DNA of 62,387 nt, the filler included, from Dugesia japonica (lineage: Eukaryota), in the NCBI GenBank assembly GCA_001938525.1. It is 6 parts of 6 records of this genome, joined end to end, with 100 filler letters (N's around TTAATTAATTAA, not from the genome) between each part and the next. Parts side by side here need not be neighbours in the genome. Positions count along the whole stretch, not along the records: positions 1 to 16,388 come from MQRL01608446.1; 5 more parts are not named here. One strand, given 5' to 3'. The translations under genes were made by a program, and so were the position numbers. Position 1 is the first letter of the stretch, and the number at the start of each line of letters is the position of its first letter. Shown piece after piece: positions 1 through 12,207 of this stretch. The notes under the pieces were generated by a model. The model worked only from the letters and a program-made list of their open reading frames with translations, had not been told where the DNA came from and made no database searches.

Positions 1-56
1 AATAAATTATTTCAAAAATTATTACTATTATAAACCTTGAATAAATTAAAAAGTAA

Positions 57-192
57 AATCCTGACGAAGACAATATCGAATTGTTATCCAATATTCAAAC
101 CTAAATTTTGATCTAAGCTTTTATATTAAATGAATTCTATAAAACGATCAATGGTTAAGTCCAACAATTATTCTCGCAATAATTGCAATTGT
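57..192 (+). mobile_element. Penelope-like pseudo-LTR repeat with internally deleted minimal hammerhead motif
   Basis: AATC-CTGACGAAGACA-ATATCGAATT followed by GATCAATGGTTAAGTCCAACAATTATTCTCGCAATAATTG. Related sequence recurs at 830-940(-), 1057-1090, 6491-6635 and 37001-37060. Confidence 0.55.
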
Positions 193-461
193 TAAATTGA
201 ATCATTAAAATAATTTGTAAAATATAATTTTAAAATTTATTTTTGTACAGAAAGCGAATTTGAAATTTACAATGTGTTAAAAATAAAATTTTTAATTTAC
301 AATATATATTAAAATTTTCAATTTTTATTATAATTTGTAAAATTATCAAATTTCTGATTTTCAACCAAATATCTTTTTTTATTGTATTTTTAAAGTTTAC
401 GTTATTAAAATTGTAAATAAAATGACTTCATGAAATATTTTTCAAAAAGCTGATATTTTCT

Positions 462-1054
462 ATTTTTCGTTTCGAATATAAATTTTTAAATTTGTTTGAA
501 AAAAACAAATTTATATTCATAGTTTTGTTTTGTGAATAAATCTTTTATGGAAGCTACTTGTGAGTTCAATTCTTCGATGAGTTCTCCAAACTCAACTAAC
601 AGCATATATTAATATCATAACACGCAAAATTCAAAAACCTATTTGGAAATGTTTTATAAAACACTTGTACCGATAATATTAATAGTTTTTTCAAATTTGA
701 AAATTTATCATTTATTATCATTATTAATGAAGGACAAGGTTTAGAAAAGTTACCATAAATCAGAATAAAATTTTTATAAGTATAAAGTTATGTAATTTTT
801 TGACTGTAATTAAACAAATATCGTAACAAATTTAAAATAAAAATTTATTTAATATAAAAGTTTTGATCAAAATTTTTGGTTTTTTTATTGATATTGGATG
901 AAAATTCGATATTTCGACCTTGTCTTCGTCAAGAATTGACTTTTTTTTATTTTTTCGTTTCGAATATAAAATTTTAAATTTCTTTGAAAAAAACAAATTT
1001 ATATTCATAGTTTTGTTTTGTGAATAAATCTTTTATGGAAGCTACTTGTGAGTT
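462..1054. repeat. ~100-bp dispersed repeat, direct copies at ~462-566 and ~948-1054
   Basis: Near-identical TTTTTCGTTTCGAATATAAA...GGAAGCTACTTGTGAGTT twice; a diverged reverse-complement copy at ~2950-3075 and a short match at ~43030. Confidence 0.75.
903..937 (-). ncRNA. Minimal type I hammerhead ribozyme motif (Penelope-like element associated)
   Basis: Minus strand AATTC-TTGACGA-A-GAC AAG GTC-GAAA-TATC-GAATT: stem I AATTC/GAATT, CUGANGA core (C->U here), stem II GAC/GTC, GAAA, palindromic AUAU stem III, AUC cleavage triplet. Confidence 0.6.
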
Positions 1055-1465
1055 GTGTCCAACAATTATTCTCGCAATAATTGCAATTGTAAAAATTTAT
1101 GTTTGAATTTATAAAATCTTTTAAATTAATAAATTCCAGGAAATTTTTATTTAACTTTGCAACTTATTTGTACCAACAAAAGATGCTTTAAAATATTTAA
1201 AACTTTTTTTTAAAATTTTATTGAATTTCTATGATATTTTTGTAAAATAAAGATAAATTAAAAATTATATAAAATCGAATTATAAATTTGAAACATTTTT
1301 AATTAAAACTTTAAGCTAGTTCTAATACAAGTATAATGACAACTTGGACTTTAATATTATTTCAATAACAATTTTTATTTATATTATACAAAACCAAAAT
1401 TATGCTTATAAAAATCAGAAACTCATTGAATTAACTAATAAATAAAAGTAAAATAAAATTCTTAC

Positions 1466-1839
1466 ACTTATATTTTCTGATGATCGACTGGTTTCATGAC
1501 AGAAAACTTTTCTCTTGGAACTGTCATTCAAATAATTACCAGACTTAACACCATATGAAAATATTGATCTCCAACTATTTGATCTTTTTGTTTTTATATC
1601 AAATTTTTCTTCATTCATAAAAACATCGGAAACTTTTCTTGATTGCATTTTTTCATTTATTTTCTGTTTATTTTCTATTTCATGAATTAATTTAACAAAT
1701 GTATCTCTTTGTTCCTTTTCAAACTCTAAGTCTTCGCGATTTGCGAGTTCTTCAACGAGCAAGCAACTGAAATCCCTAATCGAATCTTCTAATTCATCAA
1801 AAATGCTATTGAGTTCTCTAAAAGATTTTTCTTGTAAGC
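1466..1839 (-). CDS. unc-76/FEZ: FEZ1/UNC-76 homolog, exon 5 (coiled-coil region)
   Basis: TTTTTTAG|GC acceptor, phase 1 matching exon 4. Encodes LQEKSFRELNSIFDELEDSIRDFSCLLVEELANREDLEFEKEQRDTFVKLIHEIENKQK, the FEZ-family ELEFEKE motif. Candidate donor AGT|GTAAG at 1465; no terminal exon found in the window. Confidence 0.88.
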
Positions 1840-2128
1840 CTAAAAAATATTTAACTTAAATCAGAAAATAAGCCAAGATAAGAATTTCAATATTATGACA
1901 ATATTCAAGGTTATAAATAATAACAATTACGGAAATAATAATAAAATTTTTGAGTTTTTTAACACAAATGTTCACAACAATAGATTATAGTATAGTATAG
2001 ATTATAAGAAAATAATCCGAATCTGATAAACATCCATTTAAATAAGATCCAATATAGGTTTGATTTATTTCGTTTTGTATTCAAATAAATAATCCACAAC
2101 AATTTATTAAATATAAATAATCTCAACA

Positions 2129-2230
2129 TATGTAAATTTGACGTGAATTTTGCAGAAATGACTTAAGTAGAGTTGAGATTACTCAACTCTACTTAAGTAA
2201 TTTCTGCAAAATTCACGTCAAATTTACATA
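2129..2230. repeat. Long near-perfect hairpin (49-bp arms, 4-nt loop)
   Basis: 2129-2177 is the reverse complement of 2182-2230 with one mismatch; loop ATTA. Confidence 0.9.
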
Positions 2231-2639
2231 CACGAATCAGTAACAAAATATAGACAATAAAATTTACTACCTAATATAAGTTAGCCTAAGTTTTACAGTT
2301 TTAATTTTAAAGAAATTAACAGCTTTTGAGCCAGAGATTCTAAAAGTCTACTAACTTCCAAAAAACGTTTTGCCGAAAATCTAGTTTTTTTTCAATCTTT
2401 CAATATTTATACTCTTAAAAAAATTTTATTTGCTTTTATTATATAATACATTATTTAGTTATAATTGTTTTAAAGGATATTTAACATATATGTATTTAAA
2501 TAAATACTTTGACTATTTACAGACACGTAACAATAATATAAAACATATATTAAAATCTATTGACAAAGTAAAAAAATTCTTATTTTCAATAAGAATTTTA
2601 AGAATTTTTAAGAATTTAAGAATTTTTCAATAAATTTTA

Positions 2640-3983
2640 CTGTAGATAATAAAGACAGTCAGGATATAAATCATATCTACAACTGGTTGCAAGAAATGTA
2701 ATTTTACAGTTGTTCTTTTGTAACTACTGATGGCCGTAAAACTTTTGTAATATTCAAAAGAATGACTATACCCAAAGGAGAATTTCTTAAGGGTGTTTTT
2801 GTTTCTTCAAATCCGAAAGGTTGGATGACAGAAGATACCCTTACTTCATAGGTCCAAAAGGTTTGGAAAAAGAGAACAGGCTCATTTTTTAATCCTAAAT
2901 CGTTACTTATACTCAGCTAAATGTCATCTAACAGAAAAAATCGAAAATGAACTCAGTTAGAGGAGTTTGGAGACCTCATCTCATCATTAATATCAAAACT
3001 CAATTCCATAGCAAAATTTATTCACAAACAAAACTATAACCAACACTATTTGTTTATTCAAACAAATTAAAATTCATGTTTTAATTGGTGATCGCTTTTC
3101 AAGTTTTTTTAAAGAATGTATTTTTCATTCAAACTTAAAACAATATTTTTACTTTATTATTTTAAAACGTAATTTAACTAAAACAAAATATTCATTTGTC
3201 CTTTAAATTTTTCATTCAAACGTAAAGCAAATTTTTACCTTATTATTTTAAACGTAATTTAAAATTTACAAAATACACATTCGTCATAAATTTTTCATCT
3301 ACAATTTAAAATATTTAAATAAAATATTTTAAGAAAAACGATCACCAACTACACAAACATTTCAACTGGCTTTTCAAAACATACTCACAAACTACAAAAT
3401 CTTTCAGCGATTGCTGTTATTCCATGTGGATTAACAAAACTATATGCAATAACCTGTTAACAAATCGTTTAAAAATAAATTAAGAAATATTTGGGAAGAT
3501 TGGATGATTGCTGGATATCATTCTTATACGAAAGGTGGCAACATGAAAAGATCTTATATTGATGTTTGTCAATGGATTAAGCAATTGTGGGATTGTATAA
3601 CTTCGGGGTGTATAAAAATGGATTCAGAAAAAACAACTGTTGAATTTTGTGAAGTTACAAGTAAGGCTTTCGAAAGTATTGATAAAAGTAATTCAAATCA
3701 ACCTGAAATTCCCGAAGATTTGATTGAAATTTTAAATTATACTGATATGGAAGAGGATGAAAATTTTGACGGATTTAATTGAATAAACCTTTTTATTGAC
3801 TTTGTTTTACAATTATACATAAAGTCTCAATAACCCTTTGACGTACTATTGCGCAATAAATCATTGACTACGTTAACATTTTTGATTGGATAACTTGATT
3901 CTCATGAATAACTCGCACAATACTTTTTCAGATAAAAAAGAGTTTTTATATAGATCGAGGGTTATCTTGGATACTTTAGGGTA
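2640..3983 (+). mobile_element. Decayed pogo/Tigger (DDE_1) DNA transposon, interrupted by nested inserts
   Basis: Fragments TTG..K.NFTVVL, NPKGWMTED, VQKVWKKRTGSFFNPKSLLI, then after an insertion AVIPCGLTKL, VNKSFKNKLRNIWEDWM..HSYTKGGNMKRSY..VCQWIKQLWD; stops and frameshifts. Confidence 0.8.
3083..3350. mobile_element. MITE nested in the pogo relic
   Basis: TIRs AATTGGTGATCGCTTTTC / GAAAAACGATCACCAACT; internal ~85-bp tandem units starting TTTTTCATTCAAAC. Confidence 0.6.
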
Positions 3984-4506
3984 ATAATAAAATTCTAAAA
4001 AATCTCGCCTCACATAATTAAAGTCATGTAGCATATCAGAGTGCCAAATGACACAATTTGAGAACTATTTGCTAAAGCTACAGATAAAATTATTTTACCG
4101 AAATTTCATTGGATTAGGGTAACTCTATTTCTCGTTACCAAAAGTAGATATGGCTTCCAATTCACAAACAATTACAATTCTATTCCTTGCGTAAAATCAA
4201 AAGCAAACCTTAAATAGTTTAATAATTAATTATTTTGTAATTCAATTAATAATTTCATTTATTAGAATAAATTCTCAAAATTTTGATATTATCTTGATAT
4301 TATTTTATCCATCAAGTACAAAAAAGGAAATAGTAAAAAAGATTAATTCTTATTTATCAAAATATTTATGTAAGAAATATTGAGAAATTAATATTGATTA
4401 TTTTGTCTAAGAATTCCATCTATTTCCATTACATTAATACATTACTAAGTTTCATTACAATTAAACAATGTACGGATATTTTCCTAACTTTTGTATTAAT
4501 TATGAC

Positions 4507-6086
4507 TAGGGCAATCCAAAAGTTGCAATTATTCTAGATAAAAGTTGCAAAAAAATGCAAAAGGTGCAAATATACAAAGTTTAAGGAGGGTATATTAATA
4601 AAGTGCCAAAAAAGTTGAAATTATTCCTATTTAAAAGTTGCAGAGAAATTAAAAAGTTGCAATCATCAAAAGTTCAAGACAACTTTTAGATTAATTTATT
4701 ATCAAAACAATGACTATTCAACNATGCAATCATAAAATTCCTTCCTATTTTCTACATCGTTTATTTTATTCTGCGATTCATTAAAGTAAACTGTAAAATA
4801 TTTGATAATGTTGTTCCTGTTAAATTTCTGTCATTTGCTAAAAGTTTTTTAAACATGGAAAAAAATGCAATTTAATTTTTAACTGTAATTGATTTATGTG
4901 GACAATTCGGCAAAAAAAACTATACTCCAATGGGGGTATTACATCATTTTGTAGCAAAACAATTGATTTAATATCATTTTTAATCAAATATGCTTGAATG
5001 TAAGGAACTAGTTTGACTGGATCTTCCTGGATGTTATGTTATTAATCTGTTATGTTATTATTTATGTTAATGTTATGTTATTATTATTAATGTTATTGAT
5101 CTCCTCATTTCCTGTTTTTATAGTTAATTCAGAATTTTCAAGCATATCTAAAATATCGATTAATAAAGAATAAGAACTTGTTATTGTTACGAGGTCTTGT
5201 TTAATACAAGGATTGTTTAAAGCCTTGCCTGCTCTTTGATAAAAAATTCCTTCTGGTTTTAAGCAATTAAATATCTTCATTATTTCAGGAAGATTGGTAG
5301 AGTANTGTATTGNAGCTTTTAACCAACTCGACCACCTCGTTATTATGACCAAAGGCGGTTTATTAATATCTATAAATAGAGATTGAATATACTTATTTTT
5401 ATGCGTGAACATTCTTAAAAGCTTTTTTAATCATTTTTATAACAATTACAGGATTAATGTTATCCTCGAGTTCCAAGCATGCAATAACAAACATTTTCCC
5501 TGGATTCTCAATAGTACCTGCAAGAACATAATAAATAGTACCTGCAAGAACATATTTCTTTCTTCAAATTTCAAATTTTTTTGTTTTTAAAATAGTTAAT
5601 CATCTCAATTCTTTGTTTGTCGAAGATTTTTTCTACATATCTTCTAGCTTGTGATTCAGGAATGGTTTGATTGTTGTTTTCTGTTAATAAAGCCTTCAAT
5701 TTGACGCTATTCAGTTTATACAAGGGAATATCAGCAGACAGGAATGCATCTCTGTAAAATTTTTGTTAGTATCTGTAAGAAACGACTGCTTTAAAATGTT
5801 GTCGCCTTTGCTTGATAGAAGAGCATCTTTGTGCTTTTGAGTATCCCTGTGCTTGTCGACAGTTGATTTACGATTGCAATCAACGTTTTTATTGCACAAG
5901 ATGCAATAAAACCTTCCGTTCACTCCTGTAATAAATTCTTTCTTATATTGTCTTACATACTTTGCTTGATTTGAAGCGATGGAGTTGGAATTAAATTTCA
6001 TATGGAGAATGTTTAAACAAAAATGTCTATTAAGTTGCAAAAATGTTAAGTTTTTGTTCAAAAGTTGCAAAAGTTGCGTTGCCCTA
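4507..6086 (-). mobile_element. hAT DNA transposon (internally deleted) with N-terminal BED/CGGBP-type zinc finger
   Basis: TIRs TAGGGCAA...TTGCCCTA flanked by an identical 8-bp TSD ATTATGAC (4499-4506, 6087-6094). Many AAAGTTGCAA subterminal repeats. ORF pieces FYCILCNKNVDCNRKSTVDKHRDTQKH and PPLVIITRWSSW (hAT TRW motif). Confidence 0.9.
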
Positions 6087-6490
6087 ATTATGACTTATAA
6101 CAATGTGTTATCCTCTATATTATTTTTTTTATTTTAAAATTAAATTTAAACTCTCATAATTTTATAATCTTTTAAATACATTTTATTTATACATTAATTT
6201 AAAAGCTTTTCAAATACTATTATAATGTTTGACATGCCTTTAATTATTATGAAATTAAGATTCACAGTAGTTAATTGTAATTAATACTAGGCGACTTTTT
6301 TTGAAAAATTCAAATTTAGAATACAGGGTCCGATTTTATTTCTGCCCGCTTTATTTCAATTGCCTGCTGTAATCTTGTTAATTGTTGACAGTAGAGAACA
6401 GAGTCAACAGTTTGACCTGATTGGAGTATTTGTTGGTAGATAATTCCTTTGTAATCCCACCAGAAGAAGAGCATGACCTTCCTTTTTTCA

Positions 6491-6635
6491 AGTCAATTCC
6501 TGACGAAAACGAAGTCGAAATATAGAATTATTTTCAAACACAAAAAAAAACAAATTTTGATCGAAGCTTTTATTTTAAATGTATTCTGAAAAATGATCAA
6601 TGATTACGTTCAACAAATATTGTTGCAATAATTGT
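6491..6635 (+). mobile_element. Penelope-like pseudo-LTR with minimal hammerhead motif (6495-6529)
   Basis: AATTC-CTGACGA-A-AAC GAA GTC-GAAA-TATA-GAATT, followed by the same downstream sequence as the copy at 57-192. Confidence 0.6.
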
Positions 6636-8265
6636 AAAACTTATTTTTTTTAGTTTAATACTTATTTTCTAATGTTGTAATTTATATGAATTTAGTATAG
6701 GGGCGTAGTTTTTAGTACATCTAAGAATTCTTAATGAAATTAATTAACTCCCACTTTAATTTTTAATTAAAAAGCATCCGAAAAATTTATTTATTAATAC
6801 TGTTTTATGAGAACACGAAATTTCAATGCTAATCTTATTTATCTTTAAAAGGACTTTAGCAAAAATAAAGCTAATTAAAAATTAAAAGTAATTATTTTAA
6901 ATAAAAATTATTTTGAAAATTATTCATTAAAATATAATATATGAACTAAATAAAATTTCATGTAAAAATTCCATCTCAATTATTCAATAACAAATCAAGT
7001 GTGTAGGATATGATTAGTCAATGAATTTTCATTACTTCAAATGTGTGGTTTAGCTAACCAATTTCAGATAGTATGCAATACACATGATCATTGCATTGAT
7101 TGCAATTAGTAAGACAAATATTGTAAAATATTTTATTTCACATTATTTATAAAATTTACATTAAATTTATATGTAATTTGAATAAATTTTGACATACATT
7201 TATTAGAATTCTAATAAATTGCTACATACCAATTATAAAAGCAATAAATTTTAGATTTCTAAAATTATATTAATGTAAAATTCTATTCAAAACAAAAAAA
7301 TTATTACTAAATTAATAAAATTTACACCAAATGATAAACAATGAATTTTTATTTTTCAATTTATTTAAAACTTGATAAAAAAAAACTTAAAAGATCTACA
7401 AAAGATAAATTGTTTTACCTAACAAATTAATAATAATAATGGAAGAGTGGGAAATTTAAAGTAAATACTAAAGTAAAACCAAAAACCAATTATTATATCA
7501 TCAAAACTTAATAACTAATATCTAAATATGTTTTAGAATTTCAATACTTTATTAAAGTCTGATCATCTAATTTTAAATAGGAATTTCTATATTATGAGAT
7601 TTAACTATTAAAAATAAATTTACCATTATGGGGTTACAGAAAGAAGCTCTCCTTGAGTGACTTGTTCACATTAATGTGAACAAAATATTTAAATGGTTTA
7701 ATTTTAAATCATAAATAATTTTAAATTATCATGTGAATTCGATAAGAAAACTTTTAATACAAACAACACAATTTAGAAGATTTATTTACTTGTTGGAAAA
7801 TGTTTGCTAATTATCGACTTTTAAATTAGATGGTAGGCAAAAGACGAGTGGAAACTAGGCGAATGTTTCTAATATTTTAAAGAATTTTACGAAGTATAAT
7901 TGTAAAATTTATTATTCATTTAAAATAATATTACACTAAGATATATAAGACTTTTAAAATAATTTAAAATGGATTGTTTTCTAAATAAATTTAAACATTA
8001 TTTTTAGAAAAATTAATGAGATTATACTGTTTTTTCTAATAATTTTATAAGTAGTAGGGAAAATTTTTATTAAAGTGTCTTTACATTCTCTTTTCTGTCA
8101 AAGGAATTTGGGTATATCTAACAGATATGTATATCCAATTACTTAATAATATAAAATGTTCTTGTAATATTCACGAACATGAGAATTAATTTTATATTTG
8201 AAATTATAACTGAATCTAAAAAGAATTAAAACCAAAACGTATTGCATAAATTAATGATTTACACC

Positions 8266-8895
8266 AATACCTTACTTTGAGACGTTTCGCATTGCGACGA
8301 AAAAAAATCGGCTAATAGTTTTGCGCCGTTTCCAACTATAACTGAAATCTTATATAAATATAAATAATTTTTTTTACTTTCACTGTGTGTAGCTGAAACA
8401 TTTTTGTAATGTCTAAATGTCAAATAACAAAATTATATAAAAATGTAAATCCAAAATATGTATACATAGTTTATTTTGATTTTTGTTAACAATTATGTAA
8501 GAATTTACATCACTTGATTTCAATTTGATAAAAGTTCAGTAAACGAAAACTTTGTTTTTTAAAATCGAACAAATGTTGCATCGTCCAATCAAAAAATTTC
8601 CAATAACGTTAGATTCTAATTTTTCATAAATATATGATTTTTTTTNNNNNNNNNNNNNNNNNNNNNNNNNNNNNNNNNNNNNNNNNNNNNNTAATGATTT
8701 CTTAACTTTAATATTCTATATAGAATAAATAAATTTATTAGAAACTGTAATTGTTTTTTTTTGAAAAAACCGTTTTAATTTAGCATTGGAACATTAATGT
8801 TTTAGTATAGTTTCATATAAAAAATTATTTCGAGTTGCGACGTTTTGCTTGCGACAATTTTTTTGGAACAAATTATCGTCGCAAAGTGAGGTATT
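8266..8895. mobile_element. Tigger/pogo-type non-autonomous element (MITE)
   Basis: TIR pair AATACCTTACTTTGAGACG / CGTCGCAAAGTGAGGTATT; subterminal TTGCGAC repeats; no ORF. Confidence 0.65.
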
Positions 8896-9163
8896 CAAAT
8901 TTGGAATTAATTTTGACCATATTTTATATCTTATGGTTTCATTTATAATAAGAAAATTATTATAGATGTAAAAATAAATATTAAGTTTTACTAGGAAAAA
9001 ATAAATAATATTCTAAACTTTAAATTCAAAAAATTTGTAATTTGTAAATAATCTCATTTTATAAATTGAAAACAGAAATATTAAAATTAATTTATAATAA
9101 AAAATTATAATTTTTCTTAATATAAAATTTTGGGAGTTTTTAAATTAAGTTAAAATAAAATAC

Positions 9164-9293
9164 TTTCGATCCACCCATTTGGACGAGAAAGAAGCAATTG
9201 CCTAAAATAGATAGCTTCTTGACTTCCTATGAAATCGGAGTGTTGAAGATCTGTTCTCAAATCTGTTATAGAAATTTCCATTCCGCTGATTCC
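9164..9293 (-). CDS. unc-76/FEZ: FEZ1/UNC-76 homolog, exon 4
   Basis: ATAATAG| acceptor after a 49-bp intron; open 130-nt frame GISGMEISITDLRTDLQ...RPNGWIE+A; donor |GTATTT; phases fit both neighbours. Confidence 0.78.
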
Positions 9294-9342
9294 CTATTAT
9301 TGATTCAAGATATAATAAATACTGTAAATAATACATTAATAC

Positions 9343-9492
9343 CATAATTTTATCTATTTCTTGGATTACTTCATCAGCAGTCTTAAGCGGTTCATAATCA
9401 CATGGTAAACAAGAAGTAACCAAAGAGTGATGATCCATTGCCAATGTCAATTCTTCGTCATCAGGCAAATCAAGATTTTGATTTAACATATC
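9343..9492 (-). CDS. unc-76/FEZ: FEZ1/UNC-76 homolog, exon 3
   Basis: TTTCAG|GAT acceptor; DLPDDEELTLAMDHHSLVTSCLPCDYEPLKTADEVIQEIDKIM matches the FEZ motif D.H..I..C...EPL.TA..VI.EI..MM; donor ATG|GTATT. Confidence 0.9.
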
Positions 9493-11734
9493 CTGAAATA
9501 TTATTAATTGTAATTAATTCTAATAAAAATGAGATAAAAATGTCCAGTTTGATTTTTTTATCAGTACAGATTATTCAAATTATTTTTTTAAAACAAAGAA
9601 ATTAAAGTTTTGAAATCAATATGTAAACTAAGTTGCGACAAAAATAAAATAATTTTTTAGAAAATTAGCGAAATTTTAAAAATTAGATGAACTCATTGAG
9701 ATAATATTGGAAAATATGAATTGAAAAAAATTCGAAAATTAGAATTTCTGAATAATTGAACCCGCTAAAATTTTTACCATTATATATAATAAGAAAACAA
9801 TAATAGAAATCATAAATGAGTAGAAAATACGGAGAACATTCTAAACTTTTCCGCTCACCACAAATTTCTCAACACATTCTAATTATGTAATCAAAACAAA
9901 ATTCATGCATGCATCTTTAATTAAAAATTCAAAGATTTTCAAGAAAACCTTGTAGATATTTTTTTAAATTTAGTTTATTGATTTATCTTTATTAATTGAT
10001 GAATTCATTTTGCAATAAGAATGTACTTAACCCCTCGAGAACGTCCATTTGAACATTCCGTTAAGTTGTCATACATTTTTTCTCAAAAATTAGAAAAGTA
10101 TTAAATTAAAACAATTGACAGGTAGATTTACTTTCGATTTTTTTCAATTTTTATGGTTACAGGTTAATCAAAAAGACAAAACTTTTTATTCAATGAATAT
10201 TACATTCCAAAAGACGAAAAAATAGAACCTTTAGTTAAAAAAACTGTCATATTCCGATCAAGATGTTGATCAAAGTGATATGAAGACATTCCTGAATTCG
10301 ATGAAATTATTGATTTCAAATAAATAATAATTTTTTCAAGTTATATTTAATTTATGCATCATTGCCAGGTAATCACACCAATAACATATTTTCTGTGAAA
10401 GTAAGCTCTAGGTTAATTTTTTAAATAAGCTTGGGAAAATATGGTATTTGGACTTCATTAATTCAAATAATTAATATTCTGTTACATATAAAATCTATTA
10501 AAACCAAAACATTAGATTTAAAAATTATTTAAAATTGAAATTTCCAATCCCTTAATTTTGTAATTTTTCTGACATAAATATAATTAATAATGTTTACTGT
10601 CAATTAAAGTTATTTTAAATCTAAAGGAAGTTCAATTGATAAATGATAATAAAAATAGTTCGAATCATTTTTAAGTCTGAAAAATAATTTTAAAAATACT
10701 TGGGATTATGTAAAAAGATCATTTGAAAACAAATGCTCAATTTTATTCTGTTTAGCAATATTTAATTCATGTAGAAATCTTGAAACTGATGAAAAAATAT
10801 CAAAACAATATTTTCATATTTTGCTAAAATTTTGAATTTACATATCAAGGGTCAAATTGTGAATACAGTTACANATATATGTTCACATAATATTAGAATA
10901 TATTTATATTTACATTATAATTGATGTTTTTAATAAAAAAAATTAATTCAATAGTGGTTGTTTAAAAATCAGGATCATATCGGTTTTTAATATTCAATAT
11001 ATTACAAATTATTTTATTTAAATTTCGATCACATCGAAATCAGTTGCTCAAAATTCAATTTTTGAAGCAAATTAGAAAATAAATCTGGCAATATTTTACT
11101 AAACATTAGGATTATATTCATAATATATTGGATTTTTTTTAATATTTTTTACATTTACTAAATCAGTTAAAATATAAAATACTATATAAAATACTAAATC
11201 TAAAGCAATAGAATATATATTAATTAAAATTTTAATTTAAATTAACAGGATTAACATTTTAACATTATTGGTGTTCTGATAATCAAATTAGAAATGTAAT
11301 ATTTCCAATAATTATAAAAATTTAAAAAAAAAATAAATACTATATAAAAAATAAAAGCACAAATATAAAAAAATTATAAGCTTATCAATATGATCTGTTG
11401 CATTTTCTAAAGAAACTATTTTGTTAATTATATTTTTTTTTAAATACTGAATAATAACCAATTGACGTGAGATAATATTTAAAAAAATCTTTATATATTA
11501 AATGAAATTTTGCATTATATTTCTTATGTAAAAAATTCATTTAGTAATTTCAAATTCAGAGTCTTAATTTACATCAAACAGTGAAATTCTCAATTTATAT
11601 TAAAAAGAATAACTGTTTAGTAATTAAAAATATATTTAGATCAATGAATCCAAAATAAATTTGAACAGTAATTATGCTAATTTAGAACAAATTTACTTAA
11701 GCAATTTTTATGGCTGAAATTGTACTTGATATAC

Positions 11735-11843
11735 CTCATGCTCACATAAATGAATAGCATTCTTAAATTCTTCATATGACCTAAAACTTTTCCAGTCCAA
11801 ATTAAGTGTCTTCTGTACAGATCCAGTCAATGACAACCACAAT
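11735..11843 (-). CDS. unc-76/FEZ: FEZ1/UNC-76 homolog, exon 2
   Basis: After a 50-bp GT-AG intron (11893-11844); LWLSLTGSVQKTLNLDWKSFRSY, the FEZ W..LT......DW motif; donor GAG|GTATAT. Confidence 0.85.
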
Positions 11844-11893
11844 CTAAGAAATGATATTAATAATAAGATTGAAATGAATTAATGTTTAATTAC

Positions 11894-12207
11894 TGATTTT
11901 TATCAACCAAATCTGATGAAAAATTATATTTCTCTGATATAGGGGAAAATGAATCCATTTTTTCATCACTACTAAAACATTCTGATATAACTGAATCAAA
12001 GTTGTTGACCAAATTTTCTAAAGAAGCTTGTAATGATTGGTGTTTAAAAGTTCCGAGATTATTTTTAAATAAATCAAGAGGAAAATTGCCATTTATTTCA
12101 TCGCTTAAATTATATTCATTACAAATGATATTTGAGGACTCATAGTCATCAAAATCTAATTTAGCGATGGGCGATAAAATATCATCCATTGTATTGTTTA
12201 CATACAT
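11894..12207 (-). CDS. unc-76/FEZ: FEZ1/UNC-76 homolog, first coding exon
   Basis: ATG at 12207 (alternative 12189); SLENLVNNFDSVISECF resembles the FEZ S.EDLV..FDEK...CF motif; donor CA|GTAATT. Confidence 0.85.

Noticed and set aside
9202-9342. C-terminal half of the 95-aa ORF in the track
   Set aside because: Intron read-through in the wrong frame; the spliced model shifts frame at 9293.
10027-10050. TTAACCC piggyBac-like ends (also GGGTTAA at ~13072, ~17339, ~38784)
   Set aside because: No matching partner ends or transposase nearby could be paired with confidence.
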